Shown here one piece after another: positions 37,036-50,480 of a DNA stretch of 64,000 bases (its first letter is position 1; the number at the start of each line of letters is the position of its first letter). The notes beneath the pieces are model-generated. The model ran no database searches. It was not told where the DNA came from and was given only the letters and a program-made list of their open reading frames with translations. The DNA comes from Mobula hypostoma (taxonomy: Eukaryota). Position numbers and translations under genes: made by a program. The stretch is from positions 102,240,001 through 102,304,000 of the forward strand of contig NC_086107.1 in the NCBI RefSeq assembly GCF_963921235.1, given 5' to 3'.

Positions 37036-39639
37036 CAATTCACCAAACTTCAGCCAAGAGGAGTTAGAAAGATCTTTTCTCAGCTCAAATAGAGATGGCA
37101 TGAAAACATTAAATATATACACAATTGAGTACACACACAGTGAAAATATTAGTGCATTCCTCAATTCCAGAGTTGATGAAGGATAATTTGCTTTCATTCC
37201 TGTCCCTTTGGTTTGGTGAAATCTGATGAGGCCAATGTGAGAAATGCAGACCCTGCCTTAAGTAAGCAGGAGACAATAAATGAAGTTGGTATGGGTTATC
37301 AGGAGGTGGTGCACTCATTCCACCTTTTCCACAAAATCTCCCTACAGTCCCAAAGGGTTCTTACACTCCGTATAATCCTGCTTGCTCCTTTTCCCACTTT
37401 TAAGTGGTCTCAGGCCAGGGACTCCACAAATTAGAGGGGATGCCATAACTTTTCCAAGGAGCATTTGACACCATCCTTGAACATTTCCTCTACTCTTCTG
37501 GTAATCTTGTACTAAAACAAAGCTCAGAACAGAGCGTCTATTTGCAGGAGCAGGGGACAAGCAGATTTGCAGTATGGTGTGGTAGGGCTGGTAGAGCACT
37601 TCTGTGTTGCCATGTTTATTGTAAGACATTAATTGAGATAGTTTACTGAAGGAGTCAACAAACACTTGGAACTTGGCCCTCAAATGTACCAATATACAAG
37701 TACAAGTGTTGTCTGTGTACTACAGTTTAATGACTAAATTAGAGTCACCTTAGTTTTGCAGCTGGAACAAATCACTCAGTCTAGCATGCCCACATATAGG
37801 AAATTTCTCAAAAGTAAAAATACTGAGAAATGGAGAATGAAATTTAAATATATTGAACTATTTTTGTGATGAAACAATTTCAGGTAAAAATACCAACATT
37901 TAATTAAGTTTTTTTGATATTAAAAATGCACTCTTAGTTAAAACAGGAATTAACCATTTATCCATCGAACTTGACCAAATCAGAGCTGGACTATGAATTA
38001 ATTCAATGCAATGGTTTTGCCTCATCTAGTACCATCTGTTATCTATTGATCTCAGCTAAGGGCAGGAGTATGCTATTCGGCCCTTCTTGGCTGATCATCC
38101 ACATCAGTAACCTAACCCAACCTTCTCATACCTCCAACATCATTTGGCATTGAGATACCTGATTAAATCGTTCAATATAACCAAGAACATAAACATTGAC
38201 ACTGGCTCCACTGTTTTCTGTGCTAGAAAATTCTGGTTTTATCATACTCTGGTGAAGAAATTGTTTCCAATCTCCACTGTAGCTTTAAATTAATTACTGA
38301 TCTAGTCTCAATTATCATTACAAGAATAGTTCCGAACCTTTTGGCTCTTGTACATAATTATGTCTGTGAATCTCATTTCTCCACAAAAAAATCTCTAATT
38401 TATTTTCAAATAACCTATTTCGCCAAAGTTCAAGTAATTCAACCAATAGTCAAGTAACCTCGCTTCATTATTTAACTCTCAGGAATCAACATACCCAACC
38501 AGAAAATCTCATAGCCCTTCCTCCATAGACAATATTTCTTTCAAAGCTGTAATACTTCAAATTGTTTGTGGAAACCTATGTGGTCTAATTAATGCTTTTC
38601 ATGACTAGACGATAACCTCTACTGTGAACTCTGGGTATCTAAATATAATTTAATTATTTTCTGTACTGGTCTTTGTCATTTTCAACATCCATACACATGG
38701 ACCTACTCATATAGCAATTGCCTGCAATTACAAAAGTATTTAGTTACAATTTAAAAATGTACTCAATAAATCTAGTATATTAATAAACAAAAACTCAAAA
38801 CTTGAATTGGAAAGTGAACTGAAACCCAGCTGTGCATTTACAGATTTACTGGCATATACAAAGTGTATTCTTTGTTGTGATGTAGGAATTGCAAGTCATC
38901 AAACTCCCAAAAATAAGAAGTGTTACAAAATAACTCAGATTAGTCTCCAATAACTTGCATGGTCACTTGTAAGTCTCTGAAATTAGTAGAAGGTGGAACA
39001 AAGTAAATTAGTCAGAGCGAGGAAGACATTACTAACTGAAACATTGACAAAGACAACAGGCATGAAAATAATGTTCACTCTTATCAAAACCTCAGTTTTA
39101 CTCTGTTATTATGTCTGATTAAATCACTACAATAAATAAACCGTTATAAGAACAATCAATAGGTTTTACTAAATTGTAAGACTTTCAAATGTTTTCCTGA
39201 GACAAAATTCTTATGATATTATGCTAGTGAATTCAAGTTCAGTAAGACAAGATCAACAGTATCTGAGGACAGTTCTTTCCGCAGATGCTACATGATCCGC
39301 TGAGCACGTCCACGACTTCCTATTTCAAATTCTACAATCTGCAGCATTTTGAGATGCAAAGCGTTTTAGGATTTCCTCTAAATCCAATAGAACCTTTACT
39401 TCGTTTGAATGACCATCCACATTATATTTAAAAAGGAAATAAGCCAGTGTGCTATCAATCAGTTCAGCAAAGTCTACATTTGAAACATTGTGAAAAAATT
39501 AAAATTAGACAATGGAATGCACCAATTGTAATGCTTATAGGGAATTAAAGACCAAGAAAATAAATTAGTAATTACATTGTAACATTGCTACTAATTTGAC
39601 TAGTGATTTCTCTAGTGCCTTCAGTACAATCTAGCCATT

Positions 39640-41182
39640 TCTTCTGAGCGAGAAGCTGCAAGAATGGGTGTAGACAAATTCACTATCTCCTGGATTGCTG
39701 ACTACCCCACAGATAGACCCCAGTTAGTACCGCTAGGTAGTTCTCTGTAGCGATGGGTGAGAGTGACACTGAAGCACCACAAGGGACCGTCCTGTCTCCG
39801 TTTCTGTTCACACTACACCTCAGACTTTCAGTACAAATCTGAGTCTTGCCACTTGCAGTTCTCTGATTGGGTGCATCAGAGATGGACAGGAGTCAGAATA
39901 CAGAGAACTGGTGGACAAGTTTATGGAGCAATCACCTGCTCCTCAATGAGGCCAAAACCTGGGAGATGGTGATTGATTTTAGGAGGAAAGGGACAGTGAC
40001 AAGCTTGGATAAGGTCATACTTAGGTTGGAGGAACAACACCTTATATTCCGTTTGGGTAGCCTCTAACCTGATGGCATGAACATCGATTTCTCAAACTTC
40101 CAGTAATGCACCCCCCTCCCCATTTCCCACACCCTTGTCCCTCTCTCATGTTATCTCCTTGCCTGCCCATCGCCTCCCTCTGGTGCTCCTCTCCTCCCCC
40201 CATTTCTTTCTTCCATGGCCTTCCGTTTCTTTTACCAATCAACTTCCTAGGGCTTTGCTTCATCCCTCCCCCTCCAAGTTTCACCTATCACCTGGTGTTT
40301 ATCTCTCCCCTTCTCCCATGTTTCAAATCTACTCCTCTGCTTTTTTACTCCAATCCTGCCAAAGGGTTTCAGCCCAAAATGTCAACTGTAATTTTTTTCC
40401 ATAGATGCTGCGTGGCCTGCTGACTTCCTCCAGCATTTTGTGTGTGTTGCTTGGATTTCCAGCATCTGCAAATTTTTTCTTGTTTGTGACAAGTCCAGCA
40501 TACATTCTGGGAGAAGTTGTGGTGGTAGAGTACAAATACTTGTGTGTTTACCTCAACAACAGACTTGACTGCAAAACCAACACCAATGCTGTTTACAAGA
40601 AGGGGATGAGCAGACTATTTTCTAAGGAAGCTGGGATCCTTCAATGTGTGCAGGAGGATGTTGGAGATCTTTTACTAGTCTGTTGTAGTGAGTGCAGCCT
40701 TCTTTGTGGCTTTATGTTGGGGGAGCAGCACTGTTACTAGTAATGTAAAAAGACCAAATAAACTCAAAAAGGCTGGATCTGTCCTTGGCTACAGCCTGGA
40801 GTCTTGAATTAGTGGAGAGGAGGTCACTAAACAAACTGTTATCCATTATGGACAATCAGGCACATCCTCTCGATGACCTACTGAGTAAGCAATGGAGCAC
40901 CCTTTCAAACAGACTTATTCAGCTCCACTGTCATAAGAATTGTTACAGATAATCCTTCCTACTAAATGCAATAAACATATACAACAGTTCATCTCTGTGC
41001 AACAGGAGAACACACATCATAGTACAACAGTCCGTTTTATTATTTCGTACATTATTGCACAGTGGTAAATTATGTTATTCTATACTTTAGCAGTTATTAT
41101 ATTTATTATTATTGCGTAGTGTTTTTAAATGTTGCTGTAATGAAAGTCAGGATCAATAAAGTACTTATTATTATTATTATTG
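39640..41182 (+). mobile_element. Decayed Rex1/Babar-like LINE interrupted by a Penelope fragment
   Basis: HYTSDFQYKSESCHLQFSD, NHLLLN.AKT.EMVIDFRR and EYKYL.VYLNNRLD. Tail ggatcaataaagta(tta)n. Confidence 0.85.
40004..40485 (+). mobile_element. 5'-truncated Penelope-like element (GIY-YIG C-terminus plus 3' terminal repeat) with 8-bp TSD
   Basis: LRLEEQHLIFRLGSL*PDGMNIDFSNF, a pyrimidine-rich UTR, and GTGACAAG at 39996-40003 and 40486-40493. Confidence 0.85.
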
Positions 41183-41309
41183 TCATTCATTTAGTTTGGC
41201 AACTTCATGCGTAACTATAATATGTAACATACAGGAAATGTCCATTTAATCCCCAATTTTGGAATGCAAGCTTAAAATTTAACCAAGCTTTCTTCAATAT
41301 CTAATTTGA

Positions 41310-41905
41310 AGTCATAGAGATACACAGCATGGAAGCAGGCCTTCCTCGGATTCTACCACTCACCAATATACTAAAGACACTTTACCTACCAAACCACACT
41401 TTTGGGATGAGAGAGGAAACTGAGTACCCAGAGAAAATGTATGCAGTCACAGGGAGAACGCACAAGCCCCATACAGACAGCATTCAGGTATTTTGTGCTA
41501 AGAGGAAGTGAGTATTAGCATTGTGCACCACTGTCCACCCAAGATTATAAATATTTAAATCATACTACATAATTTATTATATCCTGCACATACTACATTC
41601 AATTGAGGTCTTGGCAAAAGAGTTACATCTTAGTATTTTCATATTTGCTTATTATATAGTCTCCTACATTGTTTTGTCCACATCTCTCTGCAATCTGTTC
41701 TCTTACATGTGCTCATTTATCTCTTTGATCATCTGCCCATTGACATGAACTAGTTATACTAGCATGTCTTTGGAATGCAGAAGGGAACTGGGACACCTGG
41801 GGAAATCCAGTTGGTCAGAGGGTGAATAGGCTAACTCCACAAAGACAGCACTACATATCAGCAATGAATTCAGCTCACTGGGATGACAGCCAGCTGCACC
41901 ACCAA
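41310..41905 (-). mobile_element. Two V-SINE/HE1-like SINE remnants (about 41310-41540 and 41745-41905)
   Basis: tttgggatgagagaggaaactgagtaccc..gtcacagggagaac..cagacagca, and a similar second copy. Confidence 0.6.
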
Positions 41906-44881
41906 TGTTCTGCATTATCATGACCTGTTCGTATCCAAACATCACTCAGGGAAAAAAGAGTAACTTGGATTAATATTTTGCTTTTAACATAGCAATGCCT
42001 CAGGAATAATCAATGGCTAGAATAATAAATAGGCAAGAAATGGAAGTGGTAACTTTCAGGTTTTCAAATAATTAGTTCAGTATTTTCCATAAAATAGTAA
42101 ATTTAAGTTAATGGAAGTCTCTCCACTCTGCTGCCTTGGCAATGACTCTACGAAGACTATTACTATGACCTGCCCCATACTTCCCTCCCCATTCCCCTCA
42201 CCTCAGACTTATCCAAAGAGCTACTGTTGAGTTCCAATTATACGTGGCATCAGCACAATACAAAAAAAAATTCTAACATTCCCACGCAGGAAATAAAGGC
42301 AGAGAAAAAGTATATTTCCTACTTAACATAAAATCAAATAGAGATGAATCTGCAAAGTAAAATATTCACCAACCATTGGAAGGTTATAATGCTGAGACAG
42401 TTCATATACAGAACAAGTAAGCTCTTTGAGGAAAAAAGAGCATACCCAAGAAAATGTCTGGTTGAAGAAGGAAGGAAATTAACCCAGAAAAATAAAGGCT
42501 AGGACAGGAAGTAAATGGAAAATAAGGCAGAAGAGCAGCAATATTAAGCTGAGCCCCAAAAATATACTGGGCCAAAAATCTTACCAGCAAATCACAGCAG
42601 TATCAAGACAATTTGCTGGAATTTATCCATGCAAAACACACAAGTTCCAAATTGTGCTCTGTCCAGTGACAGAGATTCCCCAGTGTTTATACTACGTAAT
42701 CTGCTCATGGATCCTGTGCCAGGATAGACCAAGCAGTGAAGCATTTACTTCAAGGGAGATTTTGTAGCTGTGGAAAGAAGCAAGTTACATTTCAACTGTG
42801 TTTGCAGTAATATTTTAGTCATTTAAAAATGGGTATTTTAGCCATTCCATTCTTTTTTTTTTAAAGTAAACTAATGAATCTGAATATATGGCATACTTGC
42901 ACAAGCAAACTGGACAAGCCAGCTTTGTTCTCTGTCAGATGTTTTCTCAGAAATTTTGTACATTTGTCTGCATTATGTGACCAAATTACATCATTCAAGA
43001 TTTTGGCATCGCTGAAGATCTTGAACACTGGCATTCCCAATCAATAAGTTTAGTCTAAAAAAATGTTGAATCTGGAAGCTAATGATCGTCAGACAGCAGT
43101 CAGCCAAATCTGGGCCTCAATAATCATATTAACAGTTAGCTTTGTAAAACATCAGACCTTTTTCAAGACTAGAATTGAAAGGTTCACACAGATGCAGAGG
43201 GTAGTATATGTACTCTGTATCCATCTCCGTGAAGTTTTGACAGACGAGGCTATGTCACTCAGTTTAAATGAATGATAATTTAAACATGGCTTGTCTTACT
43301 TTCTCTATGCCCACAACTTGTGCAAAAACTGGTAGTTGAATTTCTTTTATTCAATTTCATGAACAAAATTATGTTTTGTTGGAATTTGCAATATTCCCAC
43401 ACAATTCAACTATATCAATGTTTGAAGTTAACAGATTTATGCATGTTTCTCTTTTACTAAAAAAATTTGTTTTGTGAAAAATTACTACCTGAAATATGCT
43501 TAATAGTTATAACATATTCCAAATAACGTTGCTACATGTTTCTCCAAATTGTAAAGGAAGTAAATTTATTCCAATATTTTATGACCCTTCTAAGCTAATC
43601 ATTTGGACACAGAGTTACTAAAATCATGGAGATCAGCATTAAGTATAATCAAGACAGTTTTGTAACTGCCTGAAAACTCTTACTAAGCACATCATGTCAA
43701 AAATGGCATAGCAGCTTGAAAGGCTATGGTTATCAGGAGGTTTACATCAGGTTTCCTTAATCAACTAATAATCAGCAGAGCGAAATATTGAAAATACTAG
43801 GAAAATATTGAAAAGTTTGGAAAATATAGACTCAATTTTTGCTAGGCAGTCAGTTGCATTATATGAACTCAGTAATATTGTTAAATGTCTTTTGGATCTC
43901 AAGGTCTGAAAAAAGACCCCAATTGTTATCCAGTTGGCTATTGCTGCAATGAATACATGAAGAACACCAATTTGATAAAAGAGATTTCTAATAGCTTTAT
44001 CACAGAATTTGGAGAGAGGGTGAAAAAAAAGAGAAGAGGGTGTGGAAAGTGATCATACAGAGACTTCACATGTAATTTATTATGTGAATACCACCATAAC
44101 ACTAAAGGCTTTCAGTATTACCAGACAATACTAAATTTATTGATTTTTATGAAATTCCTCACTTTCAATAAGACCCAATTTGCTAAAAGTTAGGAAATTA
44201 ACTGATGCAATATATAAATTGGCTAACTTCACCTTTCTTGAGCATGTACCCTTTTCATTATGCACTTAAGCAAAAAATCTCCAATTCATTACCTGCTTGC
44301 TACTGAAAATTAATTACATCTTTAACAAGTAATTGCACAGAATCAAAGACAATTTCTTAAAATTCTATTTTCCTGTATGTTACACAGGATCTTTTGCAAA
44401 GGTACTGTAAAGTAATTTGCCAGTTTATTGTAGTGGACAAGTAGAATTCCCCCACATGGAAAGAATTAAACACAGTCATTGCCACCCCAAAGCAAACTCT
44501 AATGCCTGATGGCAAGCTTCCATCTGGGTCTCTGGCAATTGTCAGAAACCAAGTCAATCCATCTATTAACATTGAGTTGAGTTGTGTTCAATCACATATC
44601 TGCAATCATCACCATCTCTAGCTCCTACCACCCCTGAACACATTCACATATTAACCCTGGACATGACTATTCTAATCCTTCTCTAGCTAGCAAGTCATCT
44701 TATACTTTAAAGTAACGTATAGTTGCCCATTTTTACACAAAAATTCCCAACTATTACCACAGTGCTTAGTAGTCATGGTAGCACTACATCCAGCAACCCC
44801 AGAGTTTTAAACTCTTCATCCTCCATGGCCATGCTCTTCCCCCTCTGCAACCTCCTCCTATCACAAGTCTTAATGCAGGTA

Positions 44882-46356
44882 CAGGGGTGTTAGAAAGTTT
44901 ATGAATCCTGTAGAATTTCTCTGTCTCTGCATAAATGTGATCTAAAATGTGATCAGATCTTCACAAAGTCCTAAAACTAGATTAAGGAGAACTCAATTAA
45001 ATAAGCAACACAAAAAACATTGTACTTCTTCATTTATTGAGAGAAATGATCCAATATTGTTGGAAAAAGTATGTGAACCTTTGCTTTCAGCAACTTTTTA
45101 CACCAATTATACCCTTTTACACCAATAACTTCAACCACATGTTTCCAGTAACTGTTGATTAGTCCTGCACATCAGCTTGGAAGAATTTTAGGCAATTCCT
45201 CCTTACAAGATTGCTTCAATTCTGGGATGTTGGTGGGCTTATTTGCATGAACTACTTCTTCAGGTCCTTCCACAACATTATGGTCAGTACTCTTAACTCA
45301 GCCATTCCAAAACATGGATTTTCTTCTTTTTAAACCATTCTGTTGTTGATTTACTCGTCTTCCGGATCATTGTCTAGTTGTATTATCCAACTTCTATTAA
45401 AGTTCAGGTGATGGACTGCTACCCTGACATTCTCCTGTAAAATGGATTGATACAATTTTTAATTCATTGTTTCCTCAACGATTACAAGCTGTCCAGGCCC
45501 TGATGCAAAAAACCAAACCATGCTTCACAGTTGTGATGAGGTTTTGGTGTTGGTGTGCAGTGCCCTTTTTCCTCCAAACATAGCAGTGTGCATTTCTGCC
45601 AGAAAGTTCAACTTCTATCTCACTTGTCCACAGAACATTGTCCCAGAAGCATTGTAGAACATCCAGGTTGCAAACTTGAGACGTGCAGCCATGTTTTTTT
45701 TGGTGGTGTCCTTCTATGAACACCATTCAAGTTCAGTGCTTTTCTTATGGTGGACACATGAACAGAGACATTAGCAAGTTCTAGAGATATGTGCAGGTCT
45801 TCTTCACCTCTTTCAGCATTGTATGTTGTGCTCTTGGTGTGATCTTTGCAAGATGATCACTCCTAGGGAGAGTAGCCACAGTTCTAAATGTTCTCCATTT
45901 GTAAACAATTTCTCTTCTTGTGGACTAATGAACATCCAGGTCTTCAGAAATGTTTTTGTAGCCTTTTCTAGCTTCATGCATCTTCACAATTCTTCTTCTA
46001 AGGTCCTCCAAAAGTTGTTTTCGTTGAGATATGGTGCACATAAAGAGGTCTTTCTTGAGAAGAGCAGGCTCTGTCAGTCACCTCCAATCTCATCTCATTG
46101 ATAGGAACACCTGACTCCAAATAGCTTTTATAGAAGGCATTATCCCAGATATTCACATACTTCTCACAACAAATATATATACCATTGGATATTTTTCTCA
46201 ATAAATAAATGAAGTATAACATTTTTGTGTTATTATTTAATTGGATTCTCTTTATCTAGTTTTAGGAGTTACGTGAAGATGTGATCACATTTTAGGTCAT
46301 ATTTATGCCGAAACCGAGAAAATTCTACAGGGTTCACAAAATTTCTAGCACCAGTC
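44882..46356 (-). mobile_element. Tc1-family DNA transposon (long IR/DR-type TIRs), defective transposase
   Basis: About 200-bp imperfect terminal inverted repeats with inner and outer direct repeats, flanked by TA. ORF 45475..45726 FWDNVLWTSE.EVEL.G.N..YVWRKKG.A.....TVKHG is the Tc1 catalytic region. Confidence 0.92.
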
Positions 46357-49300
46357 TAAGCACCAGGTAAGTAAGGAATCAGAAGAGCCAATGGGCATCT
46401 GAGAGAACAAGTTAGAGCTGCAATGAAATAATAGGGGAAATGGAATTGTTCTATAGCCAGCAGCATGGACTTGATCACCCAAATGGCTGCCTTGTGTGTA
46501 AAAGTCAAATCTTTATGTTTCAGACTGTTTTCTTGTATCTTTCATTCTTTACAAAAGTAACTCAGTAACAATCTGGTATCTCATTTATTTTAACTCCACC
46601 ACACAGCTAACCCTTCAATTTTTTATTAATCCGTGTTCCTTCAAGATCCCCTTTGAATTTATGGTTAACCATTTTTTCTGCTATTTGTCCTATTAACATC
46701 CACTGTGGTGTTCTCAATAAAAAGGTTGATCAGTTATGTTATGCATTTGTGGACTTATAATTATGGTCAAGGCATGACATAAGTTCAAGACAATGGTCAC
46801 TACTCATTAAAAAAACTTCTCCCTCAAATAAAACAAAAACCACACCCTTATTGTTCAGCTACTTTTGACAGCAAACAAAGCCGTGTAAACCAGGAATATA
46901 CTGGATTTAAAAATTTCCAAATCTGCAGTAAGTGAAATGACATGAAAAACAATCTTATACACTACCAGAACCAGAAATAAGTCAAACATAAAAATGTAGC
47001 CCCACCCCCGCCGTAGGACAAAACTGATGACACAGAAAAATTGAAAATTATGGTTCAGCGTAAAAAGAAACAAGAAAACTTTAGAACAAGGGATTGTACA
47101 TCTAAAATTAAACACAAGGCAGCAAACCAGATCTATGCACAGAGATTACCTAATTCACTTGGGCTCCACATGGTGCTCACCATTATTGAAGATAGCAAAG
47201 ACCAAGGAAGGCATACAGGCACAGTAATTAAAACTAATTAAAATTATTTGCTTGCAACACAAATAGAATAGCCTGTTTTCACCATCTAATTTTTATATAA
47301 AGCTCAGTCTGAGGAGGGGGGGAAAAAAAAGAGATTAAATGCTTTTACTGTCTCTTCCTGCAATTGGGTAGATTGATGTTAGTCACACCCTAGATTCATA
47401 CATGAATAATGATCACAGGATTCACAGAACTGTACTTTACCCAGGAATCAATGGAGCTAATGGGAATGGGAAGAAAACTGGTAGAACAGAGAGACCATGA
47501 TTGTGTTCAAGTTGAAATCAACTCAAACAGAACAAAATTAATAACATTAACTCTGCAGTGCCATTTAGCTTGATTTTAATTACCATTTGCTGGACAAAAC
47601 CGAAAAAAAATAGTAGAGTATGTTGCTAACTGGAATTATTCAGAAACATACAGTACGATTTTGGAACTGCAATTATACTTAATGAGCTTGGCTCAGCAAG
47701 CAAGGGAGATTCCTCACTGAAGTTTATTGTCTTGCATTTCTTCTCAAAAACTCAAACTGGACCACACCATTATTCATTCAATATTTTAAATTATACTGTA
47801 TTCTATAGTATTACAACATTAACAAACTTGGACCCCCAAGACATGCAATAAATTCTATACTAATAATGTGATGGACAGAAAATTGCTATTTTAACAAAGA
47901 TCAGATGAAGGGACAATCTCCATCGAATCAGATTTTGCCACAATATTTATTGAGCAATTTGCGATGGGTGATAAATGCTAACCACACTGGCAACACTCAT
48001 CCCAAATAATGAATTTATTTTAAAAATATCCATTAAAAGGGGGAAATTGGATAAATGTTTGGTCGGGGATGAGATTTAATTTGATCAAGCAACAGCAGCC
48101 ATAGATGAAAACTTATTCTGATTTGTGAATGACTAAATAGGGTAATGACCACTATGATCACGAAAGAAAATGGTGGCTTATGAGAAATAAACTGCAAATA
48201 CAGACTAGGTAACAAGAAAACCCAAGGCACGAAATAATTTATAGAGCATCAGTGTATTCTATTTAAAAAGTAATTTGTGGAAAAAAACTCACTTAAAATT
48301 CAAATTAGGATGTACAACATTGGATGAAGGATAGATTTGGAAACTGGCATATTATATCCACAATGAAAAAGTTGCAATGCCATTAAAAATGGCAAAACAA
48401 GCTTGGTGGTAATAAAAACTAAATATTGCTGGAACCATTCAGTAGGTCAGACAGAATTTGTAGAAAGAAATGGAACCAGCATTTTATATCTGACAAATGG
48501 TCTTCTACCTTAAACACAGACTAATTCACTTTTCATTCAGGTCTGGCAGCATAAATGCTTTCAACATTTTCTGCTTCATTTCAGAATTCCAGTGCTACAA
48601 TTTTACTTAAATTCCATTTACTACATCAGTATTAGTTTACAAGAAATCTTTTCTAATTTGGAAGTTTTTGTTTTAATTTTGCAGCATGGAACCCTTAGCA
48701 AATTTTTAAGTAAAACTATATGAGGAATTAAGCAACTATACTTTCATGTCAAAACAAACGTGGATGGAAATTAGTGCAAGCATCTGAATTATGTACAAAA
48801 CCGATAATAAGCATGCATTTGCTGGTGAGTACACCAGGAAATACCTACAGATAAACAGATCAATGTACTGCATAAATCTATTTTGTAGATTTCACTGCCT
48901 ACTTTTAACACAAATACCTTTTAGGTCTAAGTAGACTACTCTTCAAACATTCTGACAATAAAATGAAGTTGTTGCCCTTTCTATTTTATGATTTTCCGTT
49001 AGTTTTCCAATAGAATGTAAAGAATGTCAGTATTAGAGTTCTCCATGTCAATTACTCAGCTCTCAAGATGCTCCATGTATAGGATGCAGAAAGCAAAGTC
49101 CTCCTGTTTTACTTTTCAATAAGCTATTACCTCTGTCTCACTAACCAATTATTTTGCGAATAATTCAAAACTTTCAAGTTGTTACAGGTCTCGAATAAAA
49201 GTAGCATACTGTAGCATTTTAGCCATGTTATATGAGAGGTTTCCTATCCAAATTAAAATAAAATTTAAGTGGGAAGACTTTAGAATATACACCGCCACCA

Positions 49301-49984
49301 TCATTTTATTAGTTTTGAAGCAGCTTTATGTTTGAGATTCTGTGATTCAGACTTGAAACTAAAATCTAAAAGAATTGTATTAATATTCAATTGAGAAACT
49401 GGTTAAATTCAAACATAACCAAACATAAACTGGTAAAACCAAGACTGATTTTGCAAAAACCATTCAAAAGTAAAGTACAAGGTACAAGTCCAATGCATTA
49501 CCTCCATGCAGTTATTAGCTTGGAAAACCAGAGGCACTAAATAAGCTATTGGGAAATCTATACAACTACATGCAAAATGTGTTGATGACTGCATTAGCTC
49601 TATCTTTCATTAATAAGAATAGTTAGTTACACACAAATGAAGTAACTATTACAACCAAGAAATCAGTTTCCTGAGAATTAACCCTTTTCAATGGAACTGG
49701 ATGAAGTAATTGCCAGTGGTGATGGCCAATGGGGTGTGGGAGTGAGGTGGTAGTTGATGCCAAACAGAAACAAGAAATATTCCTTTGATAACAAATTTCA
49801 TTCCATAATGAACTACTGAACTTGCCACTATCTTTCCTCCACAATCTCACGAGAAGCTTCAGAAAGAACTGCAGAGACACCAATGTTCTAAGTTCAAGGT
49901 CTCCAACATTCACATCCCTTTAAAGTTAGTGTAAGAACATTTATTTAACAATAATTTTTAAACGGTAAACGTTTAAGTATCTGA

Positions 49985-50480
49985 CAAAGAAGCTCTATAA
50001 AACTGGTTAGATCACACTTGGATTATTGTTTTCAGTACGTTTGCCTCATTATAATGGGAATGACATGGAAGCTTTAGAAGAGAAGCAGTGGAGATTTACC
50101 AGGATGCTGCCTGAATCACAGCATGTCTTAGGCAGAAAGGTTGACCAAGCCAGGGCTTTTTTTCTTTGGAGCAGAGGATGAGAGGTGACGTGATAGAAAG
50201 ATGGTAACAGACATAGAAAGGATGGACAGCAGCGAGTTTCTTCCAGGACAGAAAAGGTTAAAGTGAAAGGGCATAATACAAACGTATTAAGGGAATGGAG
50301 GAAAGAATAGGGGGATGTCAGAGGTAGATTTTTTTTTACAAAATGGTGGTAGAGGCTGACGTATTGGGGCATTTAAGAGACTTTTAGATAGGCACATGGA
50401 TGAAAGAAAAATGGAGGGTTATGTGTGAGGGAAGGGTTAGATTGCTTAGTAGGTTAAAAGGCAAAAGAGAACTGTTCTAC
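49985..50480 (+). mobile_element. CR1 LINE 3' end
   Basis: Close paralogue of 32110-32680 (gagatttaccaggatgctgcct...gataggcacatggatgaaagaaaaatgg...gggaagggttagattg). Confidence 0.85.

Noticed and set aside
40042..40423. Overlapping Pro/Gly-rich ORFs
   Set aside because: Artefacts of the pyrimidine-rich Penelope 3' UTR.
43780..43830. GAAAATATTG repeated at about 20-nt spacing
   Set aside because: Short AT-rich tandem duplication, not a CRISPR-like or structured array.
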